64,000 bases of DNA from Dehalococcoidia bacterium (lineage in GTDB: Bacteria; Chloroflexota; Dehalococcoidia; Bin125), in NCBI GenBank assembly GCA_963663235.2, contig CAXXNO010000004.1, positions 608,001 through 672,000 on the forward strand, in the 5' to 3' direction. A model generated the notes under the pieces. That model was not told the origin of the DNA, searched no databases, and saw only the letters and a program-made list of their open reading frames with translations. Positions 18,468-29,793 of the stretch are shown here, one piece after another (the stretch's first letter is position 1; the number at the start of each line of letters is the position of its first letter). The position numbers and the translations under genes are program-made.

Positions 18468-19718
18468 CTACCGCCTCCGATCCTCTTTCAACTCCCCCAG
18501 CGCTGCCCTGCGGATCAGCAGCAGCGCCGTCGTCACCGCCCGCCGCTTGATCGCGTCGCGGTTCTGGGCGAAGACGTAGCCGGCGCGCCCCCGCTGCTCG
18601 GGCGCCTCGATCCCGATCTCGATCGTACCCACCTTCGCGCCGCCGTGTGGCTCCGGTCCCGCCACCCCCGTGACGCCGACCCCGATGTCGGCCTCCAACT
18701 CCCGTCGCACCGCCGATGCCATCGCGCGTGCGGTCTGCTCGCTCACCACCCCATGCTCGAGGATCACCTCGGCGGGCACGCCGTAGCGCTGCTTCGCGTC
18801 GATGGTGTACGTCACCAGGCCGCCCTTGAAGTATTCGCTGGAGCCGGGCACGTCGGTCAGCGTGCTGGCCAGCAGCCCGCCCGTTAACGACTCCATCACC
18901 GCGACGCTGAGGCGGCGCTCCTTGAGCAGGTCGCCCGTCGCTCCCGCCAGCGTCTCCTCGTCGGCCCCCCACACCGCGCTGCCGAAGATCGCCCGCACCT
19001 GCTCTTCCACCGGCTGGATCAGCCGGTACGCGTCTGCGGCAGCCGGCGCCTTGGCCGTCAGGCGCAAGTGCACGCCGTCGCTTTTGGCGTACACGCCGAT
19101 GGTCGGGTTCTCGCTCTTGAGCAGCGGGCTCACCATCTCGTCGACGGTCCCTTCGCCGATGCCCACGGTCTTCAGCGTGCGGCTGATGATCACCGCCTCC
19201 GTGCTGCGCGCGGCCAGCCGCGGCTGCACGTCGCGCTCCCACATCCCGCTCAGCTCGGCGGGCGGGCCCGGCATCGCCACGATGATCTTCCCGCCCCGTT
19301 CCATCCACCAGCCGGGCGCCGTGCCCCGCGGGTTGGGGATCGCCTGCGCCGACGGAATCAGCATCGCCTGCTTCACGTTCCGCTCGGGCATCTGCAGCTT
19401 GCGGCTGGCGAAGAAGTCGCGCAGCGTGCGCTCCAGGTCGGCGTCCACGTGCGGCTGCTCGTCGACCGCCGCCGCGATGGCGTCGCGGGTGATGTCGTCT
19501 TCGGTGGGGCCCAGCCCCCCGCTGCACAGCACGAGGTCGCTGCGCTCCATCGCCGCGCGGAACGTGTCGCGGAGGCGCTGGAGGTTGTCGCCGACCTGGT
19601 GCATGTAGTACAGGTCGATACCCAGCGCCGGCAGCCGTTGCGCCAAGTAGTGCGCGTTGGTGTCCTGGATGTCCCCCAGCAGGATCTCTGTCCCCACCGA
19701 GATGATCTCTGCCCGCAT
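18468..19718 (-). CDS. cinA: Competence/damage-inducible protein A (MoCF-like + PncC domains)
   Basis: AEIISVGTEILLG.I.DTN, VGDN, GGLGPTEDDIT, GTAPG, MPGPP.E, ES.TGG, GSSEYF, GVAGP. Confidence 0.93.
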   Translation of the reverse strand: MRAEIISVGTEILLGDIQDTNAHYLAQRLPALGIDLYYMHQVGDNLQRLRDTFRAAMERSDLVLCSGGLGPTEDDITRDAIAAAVDEQPHVDADLERTLRDFFASRKLQMPERNVKQAMLIPSAQAIPNPRGTAPGWWMERGGKIIVAMPGPPAELSGMWERDVQPRLAARSTEAVIISRTLKTVGIGEGTVDEMVSPLLKSENPTIGVYAKSDGVHLRLTAKAPAAADAYRLIQPVEEQVRAIFGSAVWGADEETLAGATGDLLKERRLSVAVMESLTGGLLASTLTDVPGSSEYFKGGLVTYTIDAKQRYGVPAEVILEHGVVSEQTARAMASAVRRELEADIGVGVTGVAGPEPHGGAKVGTIEIGIEAPEQRGRAGYVFAQNRDAIKRRAVTTALLLIRRAALGELKEDRRR

Positions 19719-19770
19719 CGCTGCCCCCTCGCTGCGGAGCGTGGCAGGGCCCGCACGGGCGCACAAGGCC

Positions 19771-20517
19771 CTATCGGCCGATTATCATCCGGCCGGTGGC
19801 GTCCGCCCCGACGGCCGGCACGCACCGCTCCACGTCCGCCTCGGCGGCGTAGCGCAGGTCTGCCTCAAAGCCCAGCGCGCGCAGATCGTCGGCGTGCGCG
19901 GAGTCGGCGAAGGCCGCCTCGGCGCTGCCGTACGCCCGATACAGCCGCAGCGCCAGCCGCGCGCCCGCGCGCAGCGCCGGGGGCTCCGCCGCCGCCACGA
20001 TGCGGTCGATGATCGCCCCCGCGGTGTAGGCGTCCTCGACCGACGGCGCGCTGCCCGCCTCTTCGCCGGCGCAGACCAGGGCGATGTCGCCGCCGCCCGC
20101 CAGCGCCGCCTCGGCTGCCGCGGTCCGGTTGCGCAGGCAGGCGACCAGCGTCCGTCGCGCTGCCGACGTCGCGGCCAGCGCCCGCGTGCCGTTGCTCGTC
20201 GACTGCACCAGCGTCCAGCCGCGCACGTCGAGGCGGGCGAGCTCCACCGGCGAGTTCTCGAACTCGAACCCCTCCACCGGGAGGCCGTCCACCTCGCCGC
20301 AGAGATGGCTGCCGGGCAGCGCGGCGGCCATCTCCCGCGCCGCCTCGACGCTCGCGCAGGGGTAGACGGCGGCCGCGCCGCGGGCGATCAGCGTGGTGAT
20401 CACTGTGGTGGCGCGCAGCGTGTCGATGACCAGGACCGTCCGACCCGCGACGGCGCCGGGCGCCGGTGGCTGAAAGTACGTCGCGACCGATCGGGCGCGC
20501 TGCGCTGCGGTGGTCAT
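19771..20517 (-). CDS. comB: 2-phosphosulfolactate phosphatase family
   Basis: VIDTLRATT.I, LCGE..G....GF...NSP, STSNGTRAL, S.ED..TAG. Confidence 0.88.
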   Translation of the reverse strand: MTTAAQRARSVATYFQPPAPGAVAGRTVLVIDTLRATTVITTLIARGAAAVYPCASVEAAREMAAALPGSHLCGEVDGLPVEGFEFENSPVELARLDVRGWTLVQSTSNGTRALAATSAARRTLVACLRNRTAAAEAALAGGGDIALVCAGEEAGSAPSVEDAYTAGAIIDRIVAAAEPPALRAGARLALRLYRAYGSAEAAFADSAHADDLRALGFEADLRYAAEADVERCVPAVGADATGRMIIGR

Positions 20518-20602
20518 ACTGGCGTCTTATGGTGCGCGACTGGCGCTCTCGCGGCAAGGCGGGCGGTGCCTCGGGACGGCGGCGCGCGGCTAAGATCGGC
20601 CT

Positions 20603-21418
20603 ATGACGTTCCGGGAGAAGCTCCGGGCGGCGGCCGCTCGCAATCACTCCTTGCTCTGCGTGGGGCTGGATCCGCAACCGTCCCAGATCCCGATTGCGGA
20701 TGTCACCGCCTTCCACCGCGCCATCATCGACGCGACCGCCGATCTGGTCTGCGCCTATAAGCCCAACTCCGCCTTCTACGAGGCCCTCGGCCTCGATGGC
20801 TGGCGCACGCTGGCGGACACGGTGGCGGCGGTCCCCGACGGCATCCCCGTCATCCTCGACGGCAAGCGCGGCGATATCGGCCACAGCGCCGCCGCCTACG
20901 CGGTCGCCTGCTTCGACGTGATCGGCGCCGATGCGGTCACCGTCAGCCCGTACATGGGCGGCGACTCGCTGCGGCCCTTTTTCGACCGCGCCGAGAAAAC
21001 GACGTTCGTGCTCTGCCGCACCTCCAACCCCGGCGCCGCCGACCTCCAGGATCGTGCCACCCAGGGCGAGCCGCTCTATCTGCGAGTGGCGTCGCTGGCG
21101 CGCGAGTGGGGCCGGCCGCACGAGAACGCGGGACTCGTGGTCGGCGCCTCCGACGTGGAGGCGCTCGCCGCCGTGCGCCGGCGCTGCCCGGACCTACCCA
21201 TCCTCCTGCCGGGGATCGGCGCCCAAGGCGGCGATCTTGCTGCGGCCGTAGCCGCCGGGCTGGACGCCGAGGGTGGTGGCCTGCTGGTGAACGCGTCGCG
21301 ATCCGTCCTCTACGCGTCGTCGGGGCCAGACTTCGCCGCCGCCGCCCGCTCCGAGGCGCAGCGGCTTCGGGACGCCATCAACGCCGCGCTGGACGCTCCC
21401 CGCGGCAGTGAGCGATGA
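20603..21418 (+). CDS. pyrF: Orotidine-5'-phosphate decarboxylase
   Basis: [49 protein letters not shown]. Confidence 0.95.
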   Translation: MTFREKLRAAAARNHSLLCVGLDPQPSQIPIADVTAFHRAIIDATADLVCAYKPNSAFYEALGLDGWRTLADTVAAVPDGIPVILDGKRGDIGHSAAAYAVACFDVIGADAVTVSPYMGGDSLRPFFDRAEKTTFVLCRTSNPGAADLQDRATQGEPLYLRVASLAREWGRPHENAGLVVGASDVEALAAVRRRCPDLPILLPGIGAQGGDLAAAVAAGLDAEGGGLLVNASRSVLYASSGPDFAAAARSEAQRLRDAINAALDAPRGSER

Positions 21419-21627
21419 ACGTCGTCGACTTCCGCCTCGATGACGTCGTGCGCCTGCGCAAGCCGCACCCCTGCGGCGGCTCACAGTGGACCGTCTACCG
21501 TCTCGGCGCCGACATCGGCCTCCGCTGCGACACCTGCGGCCGCCGGGTGATGCTGGCGCGCTCGTTGACGCAGCGGCGGGTGCAGGCCTTCGTCAGCCGT
21601 GGCCCGGCCGGGCCCGGTCATGGATAG
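21415..21627 (+). CDS. DUF951 family protein
   Basis: [12 protein letters not shown]...W.V.RLGADI.L.C..CGR.VML. ATGA overlap with pyrF. Confidence 0.88.
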   Translation: MNVVDFRLDDVVRLRKPHPCGGSQWTVYRLGADIGLRCDTCGRRVMLARSLTQRRVQAFVSRGPAGPGHG

Positions 21628-21883
21628 CGCTGCCCCCCGCCCCCCGCACGACGCCGCGCAGCCGGCGCCCGCCCGGGAGCCCATCTACCTCAACCGCGAC
21701 TTCCGCGTCCTCTGGCTGGCGCGGACGCTGGGCCAAACGGCGGCCAACACGGCCCAGTTCGGATCCCTGATCATCATCGCCGGGCTGCTCCTGCTGGCCT
21801 ACACCTGGATGTATGCGCAATGGGGCGCCGCCGACCCCCGGGATCTGATGCGCTGCCGGGAGACGGGCGCGCAGCCGACATGA
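21620..21883 (+). pseudogene. MFS transporter remnant: first helix fused in frame to a last helix (internal deletion)
   Basis: LNRDFRVLWLARTLGQTAANTAQFGSLII matches MFS TM1 of the next gene (RNRRFLALWAAQGIAQTSNTALQF), then jumps to IAGLLLLAY plus a tail. Only 87 aa. Confidence 0.6.
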
Positions 21884-23307
21884 GCCGCTATCGCACCGCG
21901 TCTCGGGCCGTGTCCGGCCGGGTGCGTCGCCGCCTGGCCGGGCTCCGCCGCCTGGCGCCGCGCACTCCCGACTTCCAGGAGCCGTACGAGGGGCCCTTGA
22001 TCCGCAATCGGCGCTTCCTGGCGCTGTGGGCCGCGCAGGGGATCGCGCAGACCAGCAATACGGCCCTCCAGTTCGTGCTGCTGATCCTGATCCTGGAAAA
22101 GACCGATAGCAGCATCGCGGGCTCCGGCCTGATCATCTCTATGGCGGCCCCGGCGGTGGTCTTTGGCTTGGTCTCCGGCGTGCTCGTCGACCGCTGGGAC
22201 AAGCGCAACGTCATGCTCTTGACCAGCGCGCTGCGCGCCGTGCTCACGGTCCTGTTGGTCATCGGCGACGTCTCCGTCGCGTCGATCTACGCCATCGCAT
22301 TCTTGACGGCCACCATGGGTCAGTTCTTCTTGCCGGCGGCCATGGCCTCGGTGCCTTCCGTCGTGTCGCGCCGCCAGTTGCTGGCCGCCAACTCGGCGTT
22401 CCAGGTGTCGATCACGGTTGCGCAACTGGTCGGGATGGTGGTGCTCGCGCCGCTGATGCTGAAGGCGTTCGGCTTCACGGCCTCATACATCGTCGCCGGC
22501 GTGCTCATCCTGACGACGGTTCCCATGATCGCGCGCCTGCCGGCCCTGCCTCCCGAGGTCGGCTTCTCCAGCGAGCGCTGGCGCGACCGCCTGGGCGCGG
22601 TGCCGGCGGAGCTCCACGCCGCCTGGCGCACGGTCCGCGCCGACCGCCTCACCACCCTTGCTCTCGTGCAGCTCTCCGGCGGCGGGATGCTGCTGTTCTT
22701 GTTCGCCTTGCTGGTGCCCCGCTTCGTGAAGGACATCCTGGAGATCGATGCCGACAACTCGGTGTTCGTCTTCTGGCCCATCGGCGTCGGGGCCTTGCTG
22801 GCGATCCGCATGCTGCCCTGGTTGGGCCGTCGCTACAGCTCCACCGGGATTGTGACCGTGGCGCTCTTCGCTCTCACGGTGATCATGTTTGCGTTCGGCG
22901 GGATCAACTTCTTCGTCGATTTCTTGCAGGAGCGCCAGCCGTTCGGCATCCTGGGGCCGGACCAGGTGGGTGGGGTGTCGCTGTTGGTCTTCATCACGTT
23001 GCTCTTCGCCTTCCCCATGGGGATCGCCTACGGGCTCGTGAACGCCCCCGCCCAGACCGAGCTGCATCTGCGGGCGCCGCCTTCCATGCGCGGCCGCGTC
23101 TTTGCGGCGCAGCTGATGCTGGCGAACGCGGTCTCGATGATCGTGCTGCTGGTCATCGGAGGCACCGCCGACGCCATCGGCATCGAGATCGTCCTGTTCA
23201 TGGTCGCTGGCATCGTCCTTTTCCTGGCCCTTCTGAGCGTGCACATGCGGCGCGCCGCCGCGGCGGAGGCGGCCGAGGCGGCGCCGACGGACGGCGCGTC
23301 CGCCTGA
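21880..23307 (+). CDS. MFS transporter (H+ antiporter / DHA3-like)
   Basis: About 12 TM segments, motif A GVLVDRWDKRNVM, MRGRVFA. ATGA overlap with the upstream ORF. Confidence 0.9.
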   Translation: MSRYRTASRAVSGRVRRRLAGLRRLAPRTPDFQEPYEGPLIRNRRFLALWAAQGIAQTSNTALQFVLLILILEKTDSSIAGSGLIISMAAPAVVFGLVSGVLVDRWDKRNVMLLTSALRAVLTVLLVIGDVSVASIYAIAFLTATMGQFFLPAAMASVPSVVSRRQLLAANSAFQVSITVAQLVGMVVLAPLMLKAFGFTASYIVAGVLILTTVPMIARLPALPPEVGFSSERWRDRLGAVPAELHAAWRTVRADRLTTLALVQLSGGGMLLFLFALLVPRFVKDILEIDADNSVFVFWPIGVGALLAIRMLPWLGRRYSSTGIVTVALFALTVIMFAFGGINFFVDFLQERQPFGILGPDQVGGVSLLVFITLLFAFPMGIAYGLVNAPAQTELHLRAPPSMRGRVFAAQLMLANAVSMIVLLVIGGTADAIGIEIVLFMVAGIVLFLALLSVHMRRAAAAEAAEAAPTDGASA

Positions 23308-23328
23308 GCGGAGTCGATCGATACTTCG

Positions 23329-23358
23329 TTGACACCCCTTTTTCACCACGCGTATGAT
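23329..23358 (+). promoter_or_regulatory. Sigma70-type promoter
   Basis: TTGACA 23329-23334, 18 nt, TATGAT 23353-23358. Confidence 0.65.
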
Positions 23359-23441
23359 CGGCGCATCGCGCGCTCCGCTGCTCCCGGCCCGCGCCCCGCG
23401 GGGTGCTCGGGCCCAACGGGCGGGACGGCGGCGAGGTGCTC

Positions 23442-23981
23442 ATGATCGAGCTCGACATTGAGAGCATCCGCGTTTCGCTGATGAACTATCAGCGCGTGGT
23501 GGTGCTCAAGGAAAAGGACGCCGACCGCTACCTCCCGATCTGGATCGGCGCGGCGGAGGCGGACGCCATCGCCGTGCGCCTCCAGGACGTGAGCGTCGCG
23601 CGGCCGATGACCCACGACCTGCTCACCAACATGCTCACCGAGTTCGGCGCGGCCGTGGTCCGCGTGGTGGTCAACGACCTCACCAACGACACTTTCTACG
23701 CCCGCATCCACCTCCAGGTCGATGGCCGCGACTTGGAGGTCGACGCCCGGCCCAGCGACGCCATCGCCCTGGCCGTCCGCGCCGACGCCCCGATCTTCGT
23801 CGAGGACTCCGTGCTGGAGAAGGCGGGAGTGACCATGGACGAGGAAGGGCAAATCGGCCCGGGCGAGGAGGCGGCCGCGCGCTCCGGCGCCACTCCCGTC
23901 AAGGAGGAGGAGTTGGAGAAGATGTCCGCCTTCCGTGACTTCATCCAGGGCCTCGATCTGGACGATTTCGACAAACGCTAA
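23442..23981 (+). CDS. Bifunctional nuclease family protein (DUF151)
   Basis: RVVVLKE....RYLPIWIG..EA.AIA, RPMTHDLL, TFYA, DARPSDAIALA.R. Confidence 0.92.
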   Translation: MIELDIESIRVSLMNYQRVVVLKEKDADRYLPIWIGAAEADAIAVRLQDVSVARPMTHDLLTNMLTEFGAAVVRVVVNDLTNDTFYARIHLQVDGRDLEVDARPSDAIALAVRADAPIFVEDSVLEKAGVTMDEEGQIGPGEEAAARSGATPVKEEELEKMSAFRDFIQGLDLDDFDKR

Positions 23982-24008
23982 GCGGCGACGCACGCCCGCG
24001 GCGCTTCG

Positions 24009-24043
24009 TTGCCCCTCTAGATCGCTTGTGATAGCCTTCCCGA
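24009..24043 (+). promoter_or_regulatory. Probable atp operon promoter with overlapping Rex-like box
   Basis: TTGCCC 24009-14, 17 nt, TAGCCT 24032-37. TTGTGAT-AGCC-TTCCCGA (24026-43) matches TTGTGAA-N4-TTCACAA at 11 of 14 positions. Confidence 0.4.
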
Positions 24044-24073
24044 GGTTTAGCGCGGCTCCGGGGGGCGCCCGCG

Positions 24074-24292
24074 ATGCGTAACCTGCCCCCGGCGTTCCAA
24101 TTCCTCGGGATCGGCTGGTATTTTGCCACCTGCATCGTCCTCGGCGTGCTCGGGGGCCTCTGGCTCGATGGCCAGGTGGACGCCAAGCCCTTGTTCACGC
24201 TGCTCGGCCTGCTGCTAGGGATGGCGGTTGCCGCATGGGGCGCCTACCGCTTGCTCAAGGACGTGACGCGGCCGCCGGGCGGGTCCCGCTAG
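24074..24292 (+). CDS. AtpZ/AtpI family protein
   Basis: G.LGGLWLD......PLFTLLGLLLG, first gene of the atp cluster. Confidence 0.82.
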   Translation: MRNLPPAFQFLGIGWYFATCIVLGVLGGLWLDGQVDAKPLFTLLGLLLGMAVAAWGAYRLLKDVTRPPGGSR

Positions 24293-24323
24293 CGGCGCAG
24301 CTCCAGACGGGGGAAGACATGGC

Positions 24324-25859
24324 GTGCTGAGTCGGCGCAACGGCTACATCCTGGGCGCGCTGCTGCTGATCATTATCGGCTTCGCCCTCCTCAAGCCGCC
24401 CACGCCGCACATCGCCATCGCCGCCGAGGACATCATCGATCTCGGCGGCTACACCATCACCAACACCATCCTCTCCGCCTGGGTGGTCATCGCGCTGATC
24501 ACCATCGCCGTCCTCTTTCTCTACCGGCGCTTGCGCAACGTCGAGGAGGCGATGGTGCCGCGGGGCTTCCAGAACCTCATCGAGGGCTTCCTCGAATTCT
24601 TCAACTCCATCGTGGTGCTGGTAGCCGGGGAGAAGAACGGACGCCGCTTCTTCCCCGTGGTCGCGTCGATCTTCCTCTTCTTGCTCATCTCCAACTGGTT
24701 TGGTCTCTTCCCCTGGAACAACATCATCGGCGTGACCGAAGACGAGCGCGCCGTCTACCTCGAGAACTTGGAGGACGACGCCGAAGGCGTGGTCGACGAT
24801 CTGGCGGCCGGCGACGACTTAGTCGCGGTCACCGCCGTCAACGACGCCTTCGCCCGCTTCTACACCGCTGCCATCCCCGTCGAAGCCGGCGACCAGGCCG
24901 AGGCCGACGATCGCATCGAGGCCCTGCTCGCGGGGGAGGTCACCGCCTCCGACGCTCGCGTCCGCGCCGAGTTCGCCCAAAATCCCATCCCCGCCGACAC
25001 CGCGCCCGCCGGTCTGCCGCACGAGATCGAGGAGCGCCTGGCGGACGCCGGTGTGCCCGAGGCGGAGATCGAGCAGGCGATCGTCTTCAACCTGCCCCTG
25101 CCCCTGGCAGAGGTCGATGAATCCGAGATCAAGGCGACGGTGATCAGCTCCGGCGGCGTGAATATCGTGCCGCTCCGCGCGGACACGTTCGAGTTCGACC
25201 CCTATGACGAGGAGATCGTCACCGGCCTCGCCGCGGACGGCGGCTTCCAGAACGCCCGCATCTTCGACCCCGGCGACGACGCCGACGAGAAGAACGGCCC
25301 CCCCACGGCGGCCGAGCTGCGCGTCCCGGTGACCGTGAACACGGCGCATTGGGCCATCGTCCTCAAGCGCCAGGCGGAAGGCCTGGAACCCAACCAGGGC
25401 ATCGGCCTGGTCTTCCCCTTCTTCCGCTCCGTCGCCACGGACATCAACCTGCCGCTCGCCATTGCGCTCTGGTCCTTCATCTTCGTGCAGATCTGGGGGA
25501 TCCAGACCCTGGGCTTCGGCTCCAACTTCGGCAAGTTCGTGGGCGTGGGCAAGGCCAGCGTGGTCAAGGGCCCCATCGGCATCATGGTCGGGCTCCTGGA
25601 GATCATCTCCGAGGTCGCCCGCATCGTCTCCTTCACCTTCCGGCTCTTCGGCAACATCTTCGCCGGCGAGATCTTGCTATTCATGGCGGCCTTCCTCGTA
25701 CCGTTTATGGTCGCCACTGTGTTCTATGGGCTTGAGCTCTTCGTGGGCTTTATTCAAGCCTTTGTATTCGCCATGCTCACCCTGGTCTTCGCGGTCACGG
25801 CCGTGTCCCACGGTGAGCACGAAGAAGAGGAACATGAGGGAGAGACGGCCGCCCACTAG
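24324..25859 (+). CDS. atpB: ATP synthase Fo subunit a with large acidic insertion
   Basis: VPRGFQN..E, FLFLL.SNWFGL.P, R...TD.N, LE.ISE..R..SF.FRLFGNIFAGE, LE.FVG.IQA.VF..LT. 511 aa. Confidence 0.93.
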   Translation: MLSRRNGYILGALLLIIIGFALLKPPTPHIAIAAEDIIDLGGYTITNTILSAWVVIALITIAVLFLYRRLRNVEEAMVPRGFQNLIEGFLEFFNSIVVLVAGEKNGRRFFPVVASIFLFLLISNWFGLFPWNNIIGVTEDERAVYLENLEDDAEGVVDDLAAGDDLVAVTAVNDAFARFYTAAIPVEAGDQAEADDRIEALLAGEVTASDARVRAEFAQNPIPADTAPAGLPHEIEERLADAGVPEAEIEQAIVFNLPLPLAEVDESEIKATVISSGGVNIVPLRADTFEFDPYDEEIVTGLAADGGFQNARIFDPGDDADEKNGPPTAAELRVPVTVNTAHWAIVLKRQAEGLEPNQGIGLVFPFFRSVATDINLPLAIALWSFIFVQIWGIQTLGFGSNFGKFVGVGKASVVKGPIGIMVGLLEIISEVARIVSFTFRLFGNIFAGEILLFMAAFLVPFMVATVFYGLELFVGFIQAFVFAMLTLVFAVTAVSHGEHEEEEHEGETAAH

Positions 25860-25919
25860 CGACGGCCGAGCAGTTTCAGGTCAAGAGCGTGAGCGCAGCA
25901 ACCTCTAGGGGAGGATGGT

Positions 25920-26183
25920 ATGCCTGATTTCGTACTGGCGATTAGCGATTCCGGGTTCACCGACGGCCTCAAGTTCATCGGGGCCGGCCTGGCCATCGGC
26001 CTCGGCGCCTTGGGGCCGGCCCTGGCCATCGGCTGGCTGGTGGGCAAGGCCATGGAGTCGCTGGGACGCAACCCAGATGCCGCCGCCATCATCCAGCCCA
26101 ACATGATCCTGGGAATGGCCTTCGCCGAGGCCATCGGGATCTACGCGCTGGTGGTGGCGGTGATGATCGGCTTCGTCTTCTAG
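25920..26183 (+). CDS. atpE: ATP synthase Fo subunit c (H+-type)
   Basis: GAGLAIGLGALG, GRNP loop, ion-binding AFAEAIGIY. Confidence 0.95.
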   Translation: MPDFVLAISDSGFTDGLKFIGAGLAIGLGALGPALAIGWLVGKAMESLGRNPDAAAIIQPNMILGMAFAEAIGIYALVVAVMIGFVF

Positions 26184-26230
26184 CTCACCGGACGGCCCAT
26201 GCGGCCGCGGAAGCCCAGGAGGGATGAGGG

Positions 26231-26737
26231 ATGGACGGTCTTGGTATTAACCTGCCCGGGCTGATCACGCAGTTCGTCAACTTCGGCCTGCTGTTGCTGA
26301 TCCTCTGGCTCTTCCTGCACAAGCCGCTGCGTCGCGTCCTGGATGAGCGCCGTCGGCGGATTGAGGACGGCTTGCGGGCTGCGGAGCACGCCAAGGCCGC
26401 CGTGGAAGACGCCGAGGCCAAGGCCGAGGCGCAGATCCAGACCGGCCGGGAGGAGGGCCAGGCGCTCGTCGCCCAGGCCCAGGGGGTTGCCGAACGGATC
26501 CGCACCGAGGCGCAGGAATCGGCCCGCACCGACGCGGAGCAGATCGTGGCCCGCGCCCGCCAGGAGATCCAGCAGGAACGCGACCTCGCCATCGCCCGAG
26601 TGCGCGAGGAGTTCGCCGACCTGACCATCCGCGCCGCCGAGCGCGTGATCGGCCAATCGCTCGACAGCGACGCCCACCAGCGATTGATCAACGAAGTCCT
26701 GGCGGAATCCGCGCTCAGCGACGGGCGCCAGAACTAG
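26231..26737 (+). CDS. atpF: ATP synthase Fo subunit b
   Basis: LGIN...LI.Q.VNF.LL, KPL..VLDER...I, followed by coiled coil. Confidence 0.93.
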   Translation: MDGLGINLPGLITQFVNFGLLLLILWLFLHKPLRRVLDERRRRIEDGLRAAEHAKAAVEDAEAKAEAQIQTGREEGQALVAQAQGVAERIRTEAQESARTDAEQIVARARQEIQQERDLAIARVREEFADLTIRAAERVIGQSLDSDAHQRLINEVLAESALSDGRQN

Positions 26738-26765
26738 CCGCGCAACGAGTTCGGAAAGGACCCCT

Positions 26766-27311
26766 GTGCCCGGCCGCGATGTCGCCGCAAAGCGCTACGC
26801 CCAGGCCGTCTTCGCCCTGGCTCGGGAGGACGGCGCCTTCGACCGCTGGCGCGCCGACCTCCAGGCTCTGCGCGTCCTCGCGGCCGATCCCACCGTGGGC
26901 GCATTCCTGCTTAGCACCAAGGTGCCGGAGGAGCGCAAGTTCGCCGCGCTGGAACAAGGGCTGAGCGGTAGCCATCCGCACGCGCTCAACCTGGCCAAGC
27001 TGCTGGTGCGCAAAAACCGGGTCGGCATCATCGACCAGATCGCCGACGCGTTCGAGGAGCTCCTCAACGCCGAGCGCGGCCTCGTGATCGCGCAGGTCAC
27101 CACCGCCGTCCCTCTCACCGACGCCGGCCGCTCCTCGATCGACGCCGCCGTCCGCCGCGCCACCGGCGCGGCCACGGTGGAGCTCCGGGAAGCCGTCTCC
27201 CGCGACATCCTGGGCGGCGCGGTGCTGCAAATCGGCGACCACTTGGTCGATGGCAGCGTGCGCACCCGCCTCCAGAATCTGCGCAGCAGCATCGCCGGCA
27301 GCGTTCGCTAA
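26766..27311 (+). CDS. atpH: ATP synthase F1 delta
   Basis: AKRYAQA.F, V.TAVPL, ILGG..LQIGD.LVDGSVR..L. Confidence 0.93.
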   Translation: MPGRDVAAKRYAQAVFALAREDGAFDRWRADLQALRVLAADPTVGAFLLSTKVPEERKFAALEQGLSGSHPHALNLAKLLVRKNRVGIIDQIADAFEELLNAERGLVIAQVTTAVPLTDAGRSSIDAAVRRATGAATVELREAVSRDILGGAVLQIGDHLVDGSVRTRLQNLRSSIAGSVR

Positions 27312-27347
27312 CAGGGAAGTCAGGCGCTGGGGCGCCGGGAGAGCACC

Positions 27348-28877
<1,530 letters not shown>

Positions 28878-28907
28878 ACGGCAGGCCAGGAACGAGAGCC
28901 GCAACCC

Positions 28908-29789
28908 ATGGCCACCATCCGCGAGATCCGGCGCCGCATCCGCTCGGTGCAGAACACCGCCAAGATCACCAACGCCCTCCAGTTGGTGGCCGCTTCCAAG
29001 ATGCGCCGCGCCCAGGAGCGGGCCCTCGCCGCACGCCCTTACGCCGAGCGCATGCGCGACGTCCTGGGCCATCTGGCCTCCCTCACCGACACCGACGGCG
29101 ACCCCGACGCCGCCTTGCACCCCCTCCTCCAGCAGCGCGAGATCCGCGAAACCGCGCTGATCTTGATCACGCCGGACCGGGGCCTCTGCGGCGGCCTGAT
29201 CTCCAATCTCCAGCGCCACGCCGGCGAGATCGCGCTCGGCCCCGAGCGACGCGGCGAACTCTCCATGATCCCCGTGGGCCGCAAGGGGCGGGACTACTTC
29301 ACCCGCTTCCGTGTCCCCTTCCGCGGCGAGTTCACCCAGCTGGGCGACTACCCCAGCCTGGCGGAAACCCGCCCCATCTCCCGCATCGCCATCGACGACT
29401 ACATGAGCGGCGCCATCGATCAAGTGGTCGTGGTCTTCTCCTCGTTCGTCAGCACCATTGTCCAGCGTCCCACCACGGTGCAGGTCCTGCCGGTCCAAGC
29501 CCCACAGGCGGAAGAGCAGGCGCGGGAGGTGGAATACATCTTTGAGCCCTCCCCCAGGGACGTGCTGGCGGAGTTGTTGCCGCGCTACGTGGAGATGCAG
29601 ATCTATCAGGCCGTGCTGGAGGCGGCCGCCAGCGAGCAATCGGCCCGCATGGTCGCCATGCGCAGCGCCACCGACGCCGCCGAGGAGATGGTGCAAGACC
29701 TGACGTTGGAGTACAACAAGGCGCGCCAGGCCGCCATCACCTCGGAGTTGCTGGACATCGTGGGCGGGGTCGAAGCCCTCACGGGCTGA
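28908..29789 (+). CDS. atpG: ATP synthase F1 gamma
   Basis: IRRRI.SV.NT.KIT.A..LVAASK, DRGLCG, ASE.SARM.AM..AT, YNKARQA.IT.E. Confidence 0.97.
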   Translation: MATIREIRRRIRSVQNTAKITNALQLVAASKMRRAQERALAARPYAERMRDVLGHLASLTDTDGDPDAALHPLLQQREIRETALILITPDRGLCGGLISNLQRHAGEIALGPERRGELSMIPVGRKGRDYFTRFRVPFRGEFTQLGDYPSLAETRPISRIAIDDYMSGAIDQVVVVFSSFVSTIVQRPTTVQVLPVQAPQAEEQAREVEYIFEPSPRDVLAELLPRYVEMQIYQAVLEAAASEQSARMVAMRSATDAAEEMVQDLTLEYNKARQAAITSELLDIVGGVEALTG

Positions 29790-29793
29790 CGTC

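Noticed and set aside
19771-20517. Coenzyme M biosynthesis inferred from comB
   Set aside because: No comA/comC/comDE in the window. ComB-family phosphatases are widespread without CoM synthesis.
25920-26183. Na+-translocating ATP synthase
   Set aside because: Subunit c has E-A rather than E-S/T and lacks the helix-1 Gln of the Na+ signature.
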